Virus record (IMG/VR): IMGVR_UViG_3300021408_000080
Location: 1-55,452 of that record
Length of the DNA: 55,452 bases
Source of the DNA: a virus
Lineage: Duplodnaviria > Caudoviricetes
Reading direction: 5' to 3' (one strand)
Shown: positions 26,102-34,551 of the stretch, in pieces
Layout of the letters: every line of letters begins with the position of its first letter
Position numbering within the stretch: position 1 is the first letter of the stretch
Translations under genes and position numbers: made by a program
Notes under the pieces: generated by a model
Database searches by the model: none
What the model saw: the letters and a program-made list of their open reading frames with translations, nothing else
Told to the model about the DNA's origin: nothing

Positions 26102-26773
26102 TGGCTACCAAGAAGAAACCCAAGGCGAAGCCCAAGAAGCCACCGCCCAAGATCATCACCGCCAAGCCGCCGACCAACGAACCCAGGTACAACGGCAACC
26201 ATCCCGGAGGCCGCAGGACCAAATATCACACCGGCATCCCGGCCATGGCCGCGGCCGGCATCAAGCTCCACCTCACCGACGAGCAGCCTGATCATCGGCA
26301 TCGATCACCGCACATGGCTGCGCTGGAAGCACACCTACCCAGAGTTTTGCCGGGCCGCCACGCGCACAAAGGAGCAGGTGAACGAGGTGGTCGAGGCTTC
26401 CCTGATCCAGAGGGCCATGGGCTACAGCGTCACGGCGACCAAGGTTTTCATGGCGACCGATGAGACCGAGACCATCAACAAACGTGGCCAGCGCGTCATC
26501 ACCCGCCGCAAGATCCCGCTCTACGCGCCGTTCGAGGAGCACATCCCGGCCGAGGTCGGGGCGATCGCGCTGTACCTGCACAACCGCGACCCGAACCGGT
26601 GGAAGCGCAAGATCGAGCCCGAGCTACCGCCCGCAGTCCCGCCTGAAGTCCAGGTCGAGCGGCAACAGACCCTCAAGGCGCTGCTGAAGCTGGTCGAGGA
26701 CAATGCCAAGGCGGGGGGCAAGCCGATCTTCTCGAAGCTGCCGGCGCCCGTGAAGCTCGGGGGAGACAGTTGA
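26101..26773 (+). pseudogene. terS: Terminase small subunit split by a frameshift near 26287
   Basis: Frame A ...GRRTKYH...LHLTDEQ continues in the +1 frame as LIIGIDHRTWLRWKHTYPEFC...VEASLIQRAMGY...HIPAEVGAIALYLHNRDPNRWK, the usual HTH-type TerS pattern. Confidence 0.75.
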
Positions 26774-26781
26774 CGAAATCC

Positions 26782-26856
26782 ATGTGGATAGTAACGACCG
26801 CGATCATGTTCGTGGTTCTCGTGGGGCTACAGTTCTACGTGGAGCACAACCCATGA
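26782..26856 (+). CDS. Possible single-helix membrane peptide (24 aa)
   Basis: MWIVTTAIMFVVLVGLQFYVEHNP fills an intergenic gap. Confidence 0.3.
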   Translation: MWIVTTAIMFVVLVGLQFYVEHNP

Positions 26857-26866
26857 GCACAACCCA

Positions 26867-27172
26867 ATGAAGACGACCAAGAGCACCGCCCAACTGAACC
26901 GCGAGTTGAAGGCGATGCGCCGAGAGATCGACGAGCGGTACGTGGTGCCAGCGATAGCCAGCAAGAACAACCACGAGCTTATCCACGTCATGCTCGCCAT
27001 GGCGTTCGCCTGGGCGCGCGTGGCGGCGCTGCTATGCGCTCAGAAGGACAATCCGGCCACACAACTGGACAAGGAGATCGAGCGGATACGGGAGATCGCG
27101 GCCGAGGAGCAGGCCGACTTCGCGGAGTTCGTCACCCAACAGCTGCAAAACGTGTCGGGGAGAGTTCACTGA
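26867..27172 (+). CDS. Hypothetical protein
   Basis: ORF with phage-like codon bias. Confidence 0.6.
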   Translation: MKTTKSTAQLNRELKAMRREIDERYVVPAIASKNNHELIHVMLAMAFAWARVAALLCAQKDNPATQLDKEIERIREIAAEEQADFAEFVTQQLQNVSGRVH

Positions 27173-27336
27173 TGACCACGGATCGAGACCTTGCCGCGCG
27201 CATCCGCAACGTCGCCTATCAGTACGACGACAACGAGAGGATCAGCCGGGCCATGCGGGCTACGAAGCCCTCAACCGAGAGCCAGGCGCCTGCCGAGCGT
27301 GCCACCAGGCCGAAGAAGCCACGGAAGCGGCCATGA
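27172..27336 (+). CDS. Hypothetical protein
   Basis: TGATG- and ATGA-coupled. Confidence 0.5.
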   Translation: MTTDRDLAARIRNVAYQYDDNERISRAMRATKPSTESQAPAERATRPKKPRKRP

Positions 27337-27545
27337 CGACCGCCTGGGCCGTGGTCGAGTACGGCGACATCAGGATCAACTCCGTGGGCGACACCCGGCG
27401 TGCGGCGCTGGTGAACTGGCTGGTTGCCGAGAAGCGGGTATTGGCCCTGGCCCACGCCTCCGACCAGTTGATCGAGCAGATGTGGTCCGAGCACCAGGGC
27501 GATGCCATCTGCACCACGGTCAAGATCGAGGTCACCAAGCGATGA
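27333..27545 (+). CDS. Hypothetical protein
   Basis: ATGA-coupled. Confidence 0.6.
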   Translation: MTTAWAVVEYGDIRINSVGDTRRAALVNWLVAEKRVLALAHASDQLIEQMWSEHQGDAICTTVKIEVTKR

Positions 27546-27623
27546 CCGACGAAAAACCCTGAGCCTCGCGCACATTTCCTCGATATCCGGCCCATTACAC
27601 TATGAGGACCCGGAGAACGTGCG

Positions 27624-27809
27624 ATGCGCCTGCGCCTGAACGCCGAAGAGATCGGCATCCTGCTTGGCCTGATCGGTGACGTGGACTGGGGCGCGCATTT
27701 CGAGTGCTGCGCCACACCCGAGGAGGGCGACCGCGAATTCGCCATGGCCGAGCGTGTGAAGGCGAAGCTTGAACGACGGTACTCGTTCCTTTCGCGCGAA
27801 TCAGGTTAA
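27624..27809 (+). CDS. Hypothetical protein
   Basis: GGAG RBS. Confidence 0.55.
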   Translation: MRLRLNAEEIGILLGLIGDVDWGAHFECCATPEEGDREFAMAERVKAKLERRYSFLSRESG

Positions 27810-27843
27810 GGGTGTTGCTGCGAAGCAAACAGGGCGCCGCTCC

Positions 27844-28128
27844 ATGGCTCGACCGAACTTCGACTGCACCACCTGCAACAAGTTCCACCCGGACCGCCAT
27901 CAGGACCCGGCATCGGGCGGCCAGTGCCGCGCCCATCCGCCGGTCACGATCATCGTGGGCGCCAAGATCGACCGCCTCTCGAACCAGCAATCCCCGATCT
28001 TCCAAACCATCTTCCCGGTCGTGCTCAAGGAGCACTATTGCTTCGAGCATCCGCTGGCGACCGCGGATTTGCCGATCCTGCGGCGCGGTCCCTCGAACCC
28101 AGTGCCGGCGCGCGAGCCAGGCCTATGA
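27844..28128 (+). CDS. Cys-rich phage protein
   Basis: CTTC...GQCRAHPP...FPVV...YCFEH. Confidence 0.65.
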   Translation: MARPNFDCTTCNKFHPDRHQDPASGGQCRAHPPVTIIVGAKIDRLSNQQSPIFQTIFPVVLKEHYCFEHPLATADLPILRRGPSNPVPAREPGL

Positions 28129-28517
28129 CGATCAAAGCCGCATGCGACCCCAGCGAATGGCACCAGTTGCTCGCGCCACTGTTGGGCGGGATCAGGGACA
28201 TCTTCCCGATCGAGATCCTCGGCTTCCCGGCCGCGTACTCGCAGTTCGAGAAGAGCTATGTGACCATCGACAACGGCCATGTCAGGGCTGAAGGCGCGCT
28301 CTCGGCCGACGTCGAGGATATCCGCCTCGCCATCACGCTCAGCCTCCAATGGTTCGAGGCGCAGCGCGCGACGGGCGATGACGTCCTGGTCTGGCGCAAG
28401 CTGCCGGTTATCACCGAAGCGCAGACGATCAGTGGCCCTCGCGTGTTGCTCTCGATGCGCGCCCACACGATGACCAGGGCCGACCTGATCAAGCACCTGA
28501 CGGAAGGTGCGGCATGA
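28125..28517 (+). CDS. Hypothetical protein
   Basis: ATGA-coupled. Confidence 0.6.
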   Translation: MTIKAACDPSEWHQLLAPLLGGIRDIFPIEILGFPAAYSQFEKSYVTIDNGHVRAEGALSADVEDIRLAITLSLQWFEAQRATGDDVLVWRKLPVITEAQTISGPRVLLSMRAHTMTRADLIKHLTEGAA

Positions 28518-28606
28518 ACCCACGCATGAGAGGATGCCTAACCCTCATCGTCGCCCTCGTGCTGTTCGGTTGCATGCTCTTCGTTGCCTTCGGGGTCGAC
28601 TCATGA
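28514..28606 (+). CDS. Small membrane peptide (30 aa, not in ORF track)
   Basis: MNPRMRGCLTLIVALVLFGCMLFVAFGVDS; ATGA on both sides. Confidence 0.55.
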   Translation: MNPRMRGCLTLIVALVLFGCMLFVAFGVDS

Positions 28607-28887
28607 AGCGGTGGGATTACGTGATCCTCGAAGTCAACGGCGGCGTGGGTGTGGCCCAGTCCCAGTACCGCGACATGGGCGATGCTGGCTGGGAGTTGGT
28701 CCACGTCGAGAAGGAGCGCTACCCGCGCGAACGCGATCCGAGCGAAGAGATCTGGCGCGAGGCCACGTTCAAGCGCGAGATCGAGGACTATTGGACGCCG
28801 CCATGGTGGTTGTGGGCCGTCACGATCGTCGGGGGCATCGCCGGCATCTTCATCGGCGTCTTCGCAAAGATGGGAGTGTTGTTCTGA
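28603..28887 (+). CDS. DUF4177-like domain with C-terminal TM helix
   Basis: MKRWDYVIL...MGDAGWELVHV...TFKRE plus hydrophobic tail. Confidence 0.55.
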   Translation: MKRWDYVILEVNGGVGVAQSQYRDMGDAGWELVHVEKERYPRERDPSEEIWREATFKREIEDYWTPPWWLWAVTIVGGIAGIFIGVFAKMGVLF

Positions 28888-29066
28888 TGGCAAACCGCGT
28901 CGTGATGAAAGCCTGGCGCGCCAAGCGCGAAGGTATGTCCATGCAGGACATCCGCTTGATGATCAGCCGTTTCGACGCGCCGAACTACATCAAGGCCGAG
29001 GCCGAGCGCCGCGCGGACATGGCTGTTCGGAAGGGCGCGCCGCCCCAGCGTGCGCGACGAGCGTGA
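28887..29066 (+). CDS. Hypothetical basic protein
   Basis: TGATG-coupled. Confidence 0.5.
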   Translation: MANRVVMKAWRAKREGMSMQDIRLMISRFDAPNYIKAEAERRADMAVRKGAPPQRARRA

Positions 29067-29105
29067 GCGCCCGGGCAAGTTCATGTATCATCCCGACGAC
29101 CAGCA

Positions 29106-30275
29106 ATGGAGGTCACGCCGTTGACCAAAGCAGCCATCTTCGAATTCTCCGACATCAACGCGCGCATGCGCATGATCCGCAACGAGATCGAACACGAGGT
29201 CCACACGCGGTTGAACCCCGTGGAGGTGCGCATGCCACAGGAGGACGACTTCCCGGTGGGCGCCGTGATCTACGGCTTCAGAGAGATCGCAGCTGTGCTC
29301 GAGGAATTCGAGGACCTGAGCGAGGACGCGCTTGAGCAGATCGAGATCGACTTTCCCACCCCGGCCGCGGGCCATCAGCCGGCAGTCTTCGCCTACGCGG
29401 AGATCCGCGATCGCATGGCCGTCATGCAGGGGAAGAAGCCGACAAACACGCTCTACCATCACCCGATGCTGTCGGACTCGGACGGGCAGAAGGCGCTCTA
29501 CCGCCACTGGGCCGAGGACGTCGGGGTCGGGGGCTTCACCATGGAAGGCTACGTCGCCCGCCAGGGCCACGAGTACGACATCATGTGGGACGGCTGCAAA
29601 CGCTGCCTCCGGGAATGGTCCGACATCATGGAGTTGGATCTGCGCATCTGCCCGGGGCCGAACAGCGGCGAGGCTTGCATCCAGTGCGGCGAGAAGGCCT
29701 ACGTGTCGCTCAGCCACACAAAGTGGGGCGTATCGGAGGGCGGATCGCGCAATCACTTCGGCCGCTGCCTGTCCTGCGGCTGGAGGACCGCCACCGACCT
29801 GGACGATCCGCGCAAGGGCCACCGCTTCCTGCCTCCGCGCAAGCCGGTCGACATGAGCAACGCACACGCTGTTGCCGCCGCCGGCTATGCAAGGGCCGAG
29901 GCTGAGCAGCGCAAGCGCGACGGCGTTGCGCTGAACGCGGCCACGCACCCCACCGACGAGCGCAAGCTCGCGCCCAGGCTCACCTTTGCCGAGCGTGCCG
30001 AGCGCGAGGCCATCATGGACCAGGAGCGCGTCAGGCTTCAGAAGATCGCCGCCGCCGCCCTCGCCGCGACGCTGGCGGTCGAGGAACCCTTGCGTCAGAC
30101 CATGGCCGCATGGGTCCAGTACACCCCGAGCCACGCGCTGAAGGACGATACCGCCGCTGCCCTGCGCATACTCGCGGACGCCAGACTGATGGCCTCGCGC
30201 TCAGGTGACATGGCCAAGACGCTGGCCAGGGAGAGCATGGCAATGCGGGCAATCGTAGGGCCGCTGAGATCCTGA
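29106..30275 (+). CDS. Hypothetical protein with Cys pairs, upstream of TerL
   Basis: 389-aa ORF with CKRC, CIQC, CLSC and a helical C-terminus. Confidence 0.7.
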   Translation: MEVTPLTKAAIFEFSDINARMRMIRNEIEHEVHTRLNPVEVRMPQEDDFPVGAVIYGFREIAAVLEEFEDLSEDALEQIEIDFPTPAAGHQPAVFAYAEIRDRMAVMQGKKPTNTLYHHPMLSDSDGQKALYRHWAEDVGVGGFTMEGYVARQGHEYDIMWDGCKRCLREWSDIMELDLRICPGPNSGEACIQCGEKAYVSLSHTKWGVSEGGSRNHFGRCLSCGWRTATDLDDPRKGHRFLPPRKPVDMSNAHAVAAAGYARAEAEQRKRDGVALNAATHPTDERKLAPRLTFAERAEREAIMDQERVRLQKIAAAALAATLAVEEPLRQTMAAWVQYTPSHALKDDTAAALRILADARLMASRSGDMAKTLARESMAMRAIVGPLRS

Positions 30276-30285
30276 TCACGGCTAC

Positions 30286-31887
30286 ATGCTCCAGATCGAC
30301 CTATCCGCGCTTGGCGATTCTGAGGACCAACGCCGATACCTGAACAAGATGACGGCCGCTGGCGTCCATGGCATTGCCTCGGACGTCGACGTCCAAACGC
30401 TGGTGGCCTGGAGCGAGAGTTGGAAGCAGCGCGCATGGGCTCGTAAGCGCGCCGGCAAGCAAGTCCCCACCGATGAGCGCGAGTGGCGCCTGCTGATCTT
30501 CAAGAGCGGGCGCGGGTTCGGGAAGACCGAGGGCTTGTGCCAATGGCTGGGCCACGAAATGGCCCGCCTGCCCAACCTGATCGGCCACGCGGTCGCGCCA
30601 ACCCTGAACGACGTGCGCGGCACGCTCTTCCTCGGAAACTCAGGCTTCCAATCCCTCATCCCTCCTTCCCTGCTGTACAAGGAATCGTGGGACGAGGCCT
30701 ACGACAGCACCCACCACGAGCTATTGTTCAAGAACGGGAGCCTGATCCGCGGCTTCGGCGCCAAGGACCAAGGCGGACGGCTCCGCGGCCCGCAATGCCA
30801 TGCCGGGGTCGGTGACGAGCTCCGCGAGTGGGACCGCCCGGCGGGCAACCTCGAATTCGTCCACTCGAACATGATGCTCGGTGTTCGCCTGCCCTATCCC
30901 GATGGGACGCCGGCACGCGCGGTCTTCGGCACCACGCCGCGGCCGATCCCCTACCTGAAGAACCTCTACAAACGCCCGGACTGCATCGTCATCACCGGCA
31001 CGACGTTCGAGAACATGGAAAACCTCTCGGCTGGGTTCGTGTCCGAAGTGATGACGCTGATGGGCACGCAGCTGGGCAAGATCGAGATCCTCGGCGAGGA
31101 CATCGATAGCGAGGACTTCGGCATCTACAAGAAGTCCTGGCTGCGCCTGTGGCCAGCTGGCAAGGCGTTCCCGCAGTTCAGCTTCGTCATGCTGACCATG
31201 GACACCGCCATGGAGGAGGAGGCGCGCGACAACAAGACCGGCAAGGTGGACTACTCCGCCTGCGCCGTGCTCGGCGTCTTCAACACCAAGCAGTGCTTCA
31301 CGGCCGGCGAGCTTCTGAAGCTGGGCGTGCGGTCCAAATATGCCGTGTTGCTGTGCGATTTCTGGATGGAGCGGCTCGGCTTCCCGGAATTGCTCGAGAA
31401 GACGCGCGACACCTACCGCAAGAAGTATCAGGGCCGCTTCCCCGAGCTCGTGCTGATCGAGAACAAGGCCTCGGGCATCAGCCTGCGCCAGACCCTTCAG
31501 CGTTTCGGCGTGCCGTCCTGGCCGTTCGATCCGCACGGCCAATCCAAGATGATGCGCGCGCACGTGGCCTCGCCACTGGTCAAGCAGGGCATGTTCTTCG
31601 TCCCGGAATCAGGCCTGGCCCACCGCAAAGGGCAATTCCGCGACTGGTGCGAGCCCGTCGTGGAGCAGATGACCACCTTCGCCGGCGAGGGATCTATCGA
31701 GTTCGATGATGCTGTGGACGCCGTCACGCAGGCGCTGCTGTATCTGCAACAAACCGGTACACTGGTCGCATTGCCCCAAGGGCGCCTCTATCCCGATGCC
31801 GACGAACTCGAAGAGCAGAAGATGCGCGAAGCAACGGCGATCGCCGAGCGCGAGAAGCGTGGCAAGGTCAGTCCATACGGGAGTTGA
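30286..31887 (+). CDS. terL: Terminase large subunit
   Basis: Walker A SGRGFGKT, RLRGPQ, Walker B GVGDEL, nuclease MDTA, IENKASG, DDAVDAVTQAL. Confidence 0.95.
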   Translation: MLQIDLSALGDSEDQRRYLNKMTAAGVHGIASDVDVQTLVAWSESWKQRAWARKRAGKQVPTDEREWRLLIFKSGRGFGKTEGLCQWLGHEMARLPNLIGHAVAPTLNDVRGTLFLGNSGFQSLIPPSLLYKESWDEAYDSTHHELLFKNGSLIRGFGAKDQGGRLRGPQCHAGVGDELREWDRPAGNLEFVHSNMMLGVRLPYPDGTPARAVFGTTPRPIPYLKNLYKRPDCIVITGTTFENMENLSAGFVSEVMTLMGTQLGKIEILGEDIDSEDFGIYKKSWLRLWPAGKAFPQFSFVMLTMDTAMEEEARDNKTGKVDYSACAVLGVFNTKQCFTAGELLKLGVRSKYAVLLCDFWMERLGFPELLEKTRDTYRKKYQGRFPELVLIENKASGISLRQTLQRFGVPSWPFDPHGQSKMMRAHVASPLVKQGMFFVPESGLAHRKGQFRDWCEPVVEQMTTFAGEGSIEFDDAVDAVTQALLYLQQTGTLVALPQGRLYPDADELEEQKMREATAIAEREKRGKVSPYGS

Positions 31888-31890
31888 GCC

Positions 31891-32070
31891 ATGAGCATCA
31901 TGCAGTTCATCGCCTTCGCGCTGCCCTCCCTGTCGGCCTTTTACTGGGCCCTCGTCTATGTCGCCCACGGGAGCGAGGGCTTCTGGCTCTCGTTCGCGAT
32001 CTACTTCGTGGCGGGCGCCTGCATGGTCTTCTTTGGCATGCTGATCCAGATGATGCGGCAGACGTCATGA
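31891..32070 (+). CDS. Small two-TM membrane protein (59 aa, not in ORF track)
   Basis: MSIMQFIAFALPSLSAFYWALVY...FWLSFAIYFVAGACMVFFGMLI. Confidence 0.6.
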   Translation: MSIMQFIAFALPSLSAFYWALVYVAHGSEGFWLSFAIYFVAGACMVFFGMLIQMMRQTS

Positions 32071-32444
32071 GCATCAAGCGGCTGTTTCACGACGCCTGGG
32101 GCGCGGCCAAGAACGCCGAGGGCTACGACAAGCAGGCGTGGATGTACGTCCACGGCTGGCTCGACCACGTGCTGGAATCGCACCGCCGCGTGCTCAAGCT
32201 CCACCAGAAGACGAAGGTCGACCTCCCGGCCCAGCAAGTCCTGGAGGGCGCGATGGCCTACGACCTACAACAGGTACTGGTCTGCGGCGCTGATCGGGAC
32301 GGCAAGCTGCTCATCTTGATGTCGACCGGCGACGCGGGCACCAACAACCTGCTGCTGGACTGCGCCAAGGTGCAGATCGTCAACAGCGACGTGGTCGATC
32401 GGCCGATGGAGCCCAAGCCTCCGGAGCCCACCGATGGGAATTGA
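32067..32444 (+). CDS. Hypothetical phage protein
   Basis: ATGA-coupled; start MSIKRLF. Confidence 0.65.
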   Translation: MSIKRLFHDAWGAAKNAEGYDKQAWMYVHGWLDHVLESHRRVLKLHQKTKVDLPAQQVLEGAMAYDLQQVLVCGADRDGKLLILMSTGDAGTNNLLLDCAKVQIVNSDVVDRPMEPKPPEPTDGN

Positions 32445-32658
32445 GTTCTACTGCCCCGACGAGAGCGGGCCTGTGCCGCGCCCGGTTCACCATCGCCTGA
32501 CGTGCGACTCCAGGCACGGCGCTCCCGGCGCTGTGGCCGCCTGTGGCAAGGTTCAGGTGTTCACCGCGGGAGACGTCATCGCCAATCGCAAGGCCGCTGT
32601 GGCGGCTGGATGGCGCTTCTCAGGCGATGGCCCGGTCTACTGCCCGAATTGTCGGTGA
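32434..32658 (+). CDS. Small Zn-ribbon protein
   Basis: CD...CG...AGWR...YCPNC. Confidence 0.65.
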   Translation: MGIEFYCPDESGPVPRPVHHRLTCDSRHGAPGAVAACGKVQVFTAGDVIANRKAAVAAGWRFSGDGPVYCPNCR

Positions 32659-32903
32659 CCGCCGCGCCGCGCGTGCTCTGCATCGTCCCATACTGCCGGC
32701 GCACGGCCAAACGCCTGGACGCCCATCACGAATGGATCTGCGGCAAGCACTGGTCCCTCGTCCCCAGGGCCTACCGGCGCGCCTACGCCCGAGCCAAGCG
32801 GCGCTTCAAGGTTCGTCAGACGCTTCTCCTGTGGAAATGCAGCGGCATGCTCTGGTCCCGCTGCAAGCGCGCTGCTATCGAAAGGGCCGTTGGAATCAGC
32901 TGA
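32655..32903 (+). CDS. Small Cys-containing basic protein
   Basis: CIVPYCRRT...WICGKHW. Confidence 0.65.
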   Translation: MTAAPRVLCIVPYCRRTAKRLDAHHEWICGKHWSLVPRAYRRAYARAKRRFKVRQTLLLWKCSGMLWSRCKRAAIERAVGIS

Positions 32904-32915
32904 GGAGCGCCACCC

Positions 32916-33203
32916 ATGAGACAACACGTCCTCACTGTGGCGGTCGTGATCTTCGGCTTCCTTACGTTCCTCGCGGTCAGCAATCAAAGCTGGGAATTGG
33001 GCCTTGGCATCTATCTCGGCGTCGGCGTCGGGACCGTCTGCTGGTTCATCGTCGATAATTGGTCGACGGACCTGTGGAGTAATCCCGAGCGCCTGCCGGC
33101 GTGGCTGCACATATCCATACTCGGCAGCTGCCTGGTCGGTCTCGCGCTGTTCTGGCTCCCGTTCATTGGATGGACCTTGGTGGCCGGGAGGCGCGCCACG
33201 TGA
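32916..33203 (+). CDS. Three-TM membrane protein
   Basis: GAGGAG RBS; three hydrophobic stretches. Confidence 0.65.
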   Translation: MRQHVLTVAVVIFGFLTFLAVSNQSWELGLGIYLGVGVGTVCWFIVDNWSTDLWSNPERLPAWLHISILGSCLVGLALFWLPFIGWTLVAGRRAT

Positions 33204-33529
33204 TGACCGCAGCACAAGCCACCCGCGCGGCGTTCCTGATCGAGGCGCTCGAAGATATCCGCTACGACCTCAACCCGCCCCAGGCGGATCGCGAGAGCAA
33301 GACCAAGTGGAAATACGGCCTCACGCCGCTTGGCATGGAAGACGAGGATGACCGCTTCAATCTCGATATGTGCGGGGACGAGCACCTGGACGAGAAGGAG
33401 GGCTCGCACCAGATCGCCCGCATCGATCGCGGTCTCGGGCGCAAGGCCATGACGTGGCTCTGCGCCGAGATCGAGCGGGAGCTTCGCGAACTGGGCGTGG
33501 AGCCGCCACCCGAAGAGCCGTCCGCATGA
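33203..33529 (+). CDS. Hypothetical protein
   Basis: TGATG-coupled. Confidence 0.6.
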   Translation: MTAAQATRAAFLIEALEDIRYDLNPPQADRESKTKWKYGLTPLGMEDEDDRFNLDMCGDEHLDEKEGSHQIARIDRGLGRKAMTWLCAEIERELRELGVEPPPEEPSA

Positions 33530-33618
33530 AGCTCGTGGTCATCTGCTGCTGGTGCCTGATACTCCTCGGCCTGAGCTTGCTCGGCCTTGCTGCGATCCTG
33601 GAGGCCATGCGTGGGTGA
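33526..33618 (+). CDS. Small membrane peptide
   Basis: MKLVVICCWCLILLGLSLLGLAAILEAMRG. Confidence 0.45.
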   Translation: MKLVVICCWCLILLGLSLLGLAAILEAMRG

Positions 33619-33814
33619 CCGATCACAGCATCCCTATTGCCCGGATACTTACGGACACCCGGCCGAGCGCCATCATCTGGACCATGCGCAGACGTGTTTC
33701 CATTGCGAACGGCTGTGGATCAAGTATCCAAATGGAGGCCAGGACAAGCCGAACGCCGACACCATCCAAGACTTCCTGACCCAGCGCCGGATCACGGGCC
33801 CGACAGATGGGTGA
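33611..33814 (+). CDS. Hypothetical protein
   Basis: GTG start after GGAGG; CFHC. Confidence 0.5.
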   Translation: MGDRSQHPYCPDTYGHPAERHHLDHAQTCFHCERLWIKYPNGGQDKPNADTIQDFLTQRRITGPTDG

Positions 33815-33992
33815 ACCAACTACGATCGGCACGCGGATATCGTTCATCGACCGCTACGGCCAGCGCGTGGTGTTCAACGTCCTCACCAGCTGCGGCCTAT
33901 GCCGCGTCTGCCTCGTGACTGAAACCAAGCATTGCGCATATGGCGGTCCCTACGATGCCGAGGGAATCGTGCTATGCCTGGAGAAGCGATAG
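33807..33992 (+). CDS. Small Cys-rich protein
   Basis: CGLCRVC...CAYGGPY. Confidence 0.5.
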   Translation: MGEPTTIGTRISFIDRYGQRVVFNVLTSCGLCRVCLVTETKHCAYGGPYDAEGIVLCLEKR

Positions 33993-34074
33993 GAGGCCAC
34001 ATGCTCTTCGCCGATTTCTTCGCGATGATCCTCAACGCCCTTTGCAAACACAGACCCCACCACCGAGGTCACCG

Positions 34075-34293
34075 ATGAGCGTCGCGACCAAGACCAAGCC
34101 CAAAGACACCCCCGAGGTGACCAAGCTCAAGAAGCGCATCCGCATCCTCACCGACGTGCAGGACCACCTGGTTGCGATGAGCATCCGGGCGCTCAGGCTG
34201 TTGGAGTCGATGGAATCCGACGGCGGCGCGCGCCTGCCCTATCCTGACTATGCCGAGACCAAGGCGGCCCTCAAGGCGATCGCCGAAGCATGA
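34075..34293 (+). CDS. Hypothetical protein
   Basis: GAGG RBS; codon bias. Confidence 0.6.
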   Translation: MSVATKTKPKDTPEVTKLKKRIRILTDVQDHLVAMSIRALRLLESMESDGGARLPYPDYAETKAALKAIAEA

Positions 34294-34310
34294 AAACCTG
34301 CGAAGAGGTT

Positions 34311-34545
34311 GGGGACATTCCCCTATAAAGAGTTCCTCATAGGAAATCAGGAACCCAAGCTGAATATGACCCCGCAGGCGAATCGGGGTAAGGTGGCCGT
34401 CCTTCTGGGTACGAGAAGCAACGCCGTGAAAGGGTCCGATGTCCGCCACCATCGGGCCCTTTCGCGTTTCTCACGGACCGTGATAATTCTGGCTGGTTAG
34501 CGGTGCGCCGAATCCGGGTGCTGCCCTTCCGTTCCCAGAGGGTGG
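34311..34545 (+). ncRNA. Candidate structured RNA / portal mRNA leader
   Basis: Several hairpins, including a long stem at 34413-34472; no convincing ORF. Confidence 0.4.
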
Positions 34546-34551
34546 ACCATA

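Noticed and set aside
26842-26866. Tandem GAGCACAACCCA duplication
   Set aside because: Only two copies at a gene junction; probably a local duplication with no supportable function
34309-34500. 63-aa ORF, or a hammerhead ribozyme (CTGAATATGA plus stem), in the pre-portal gap
   Set aside because: The ORF has a TTG start and atypical codon use; the hammerhead CUGANGA/GAAA core is not correctly formed
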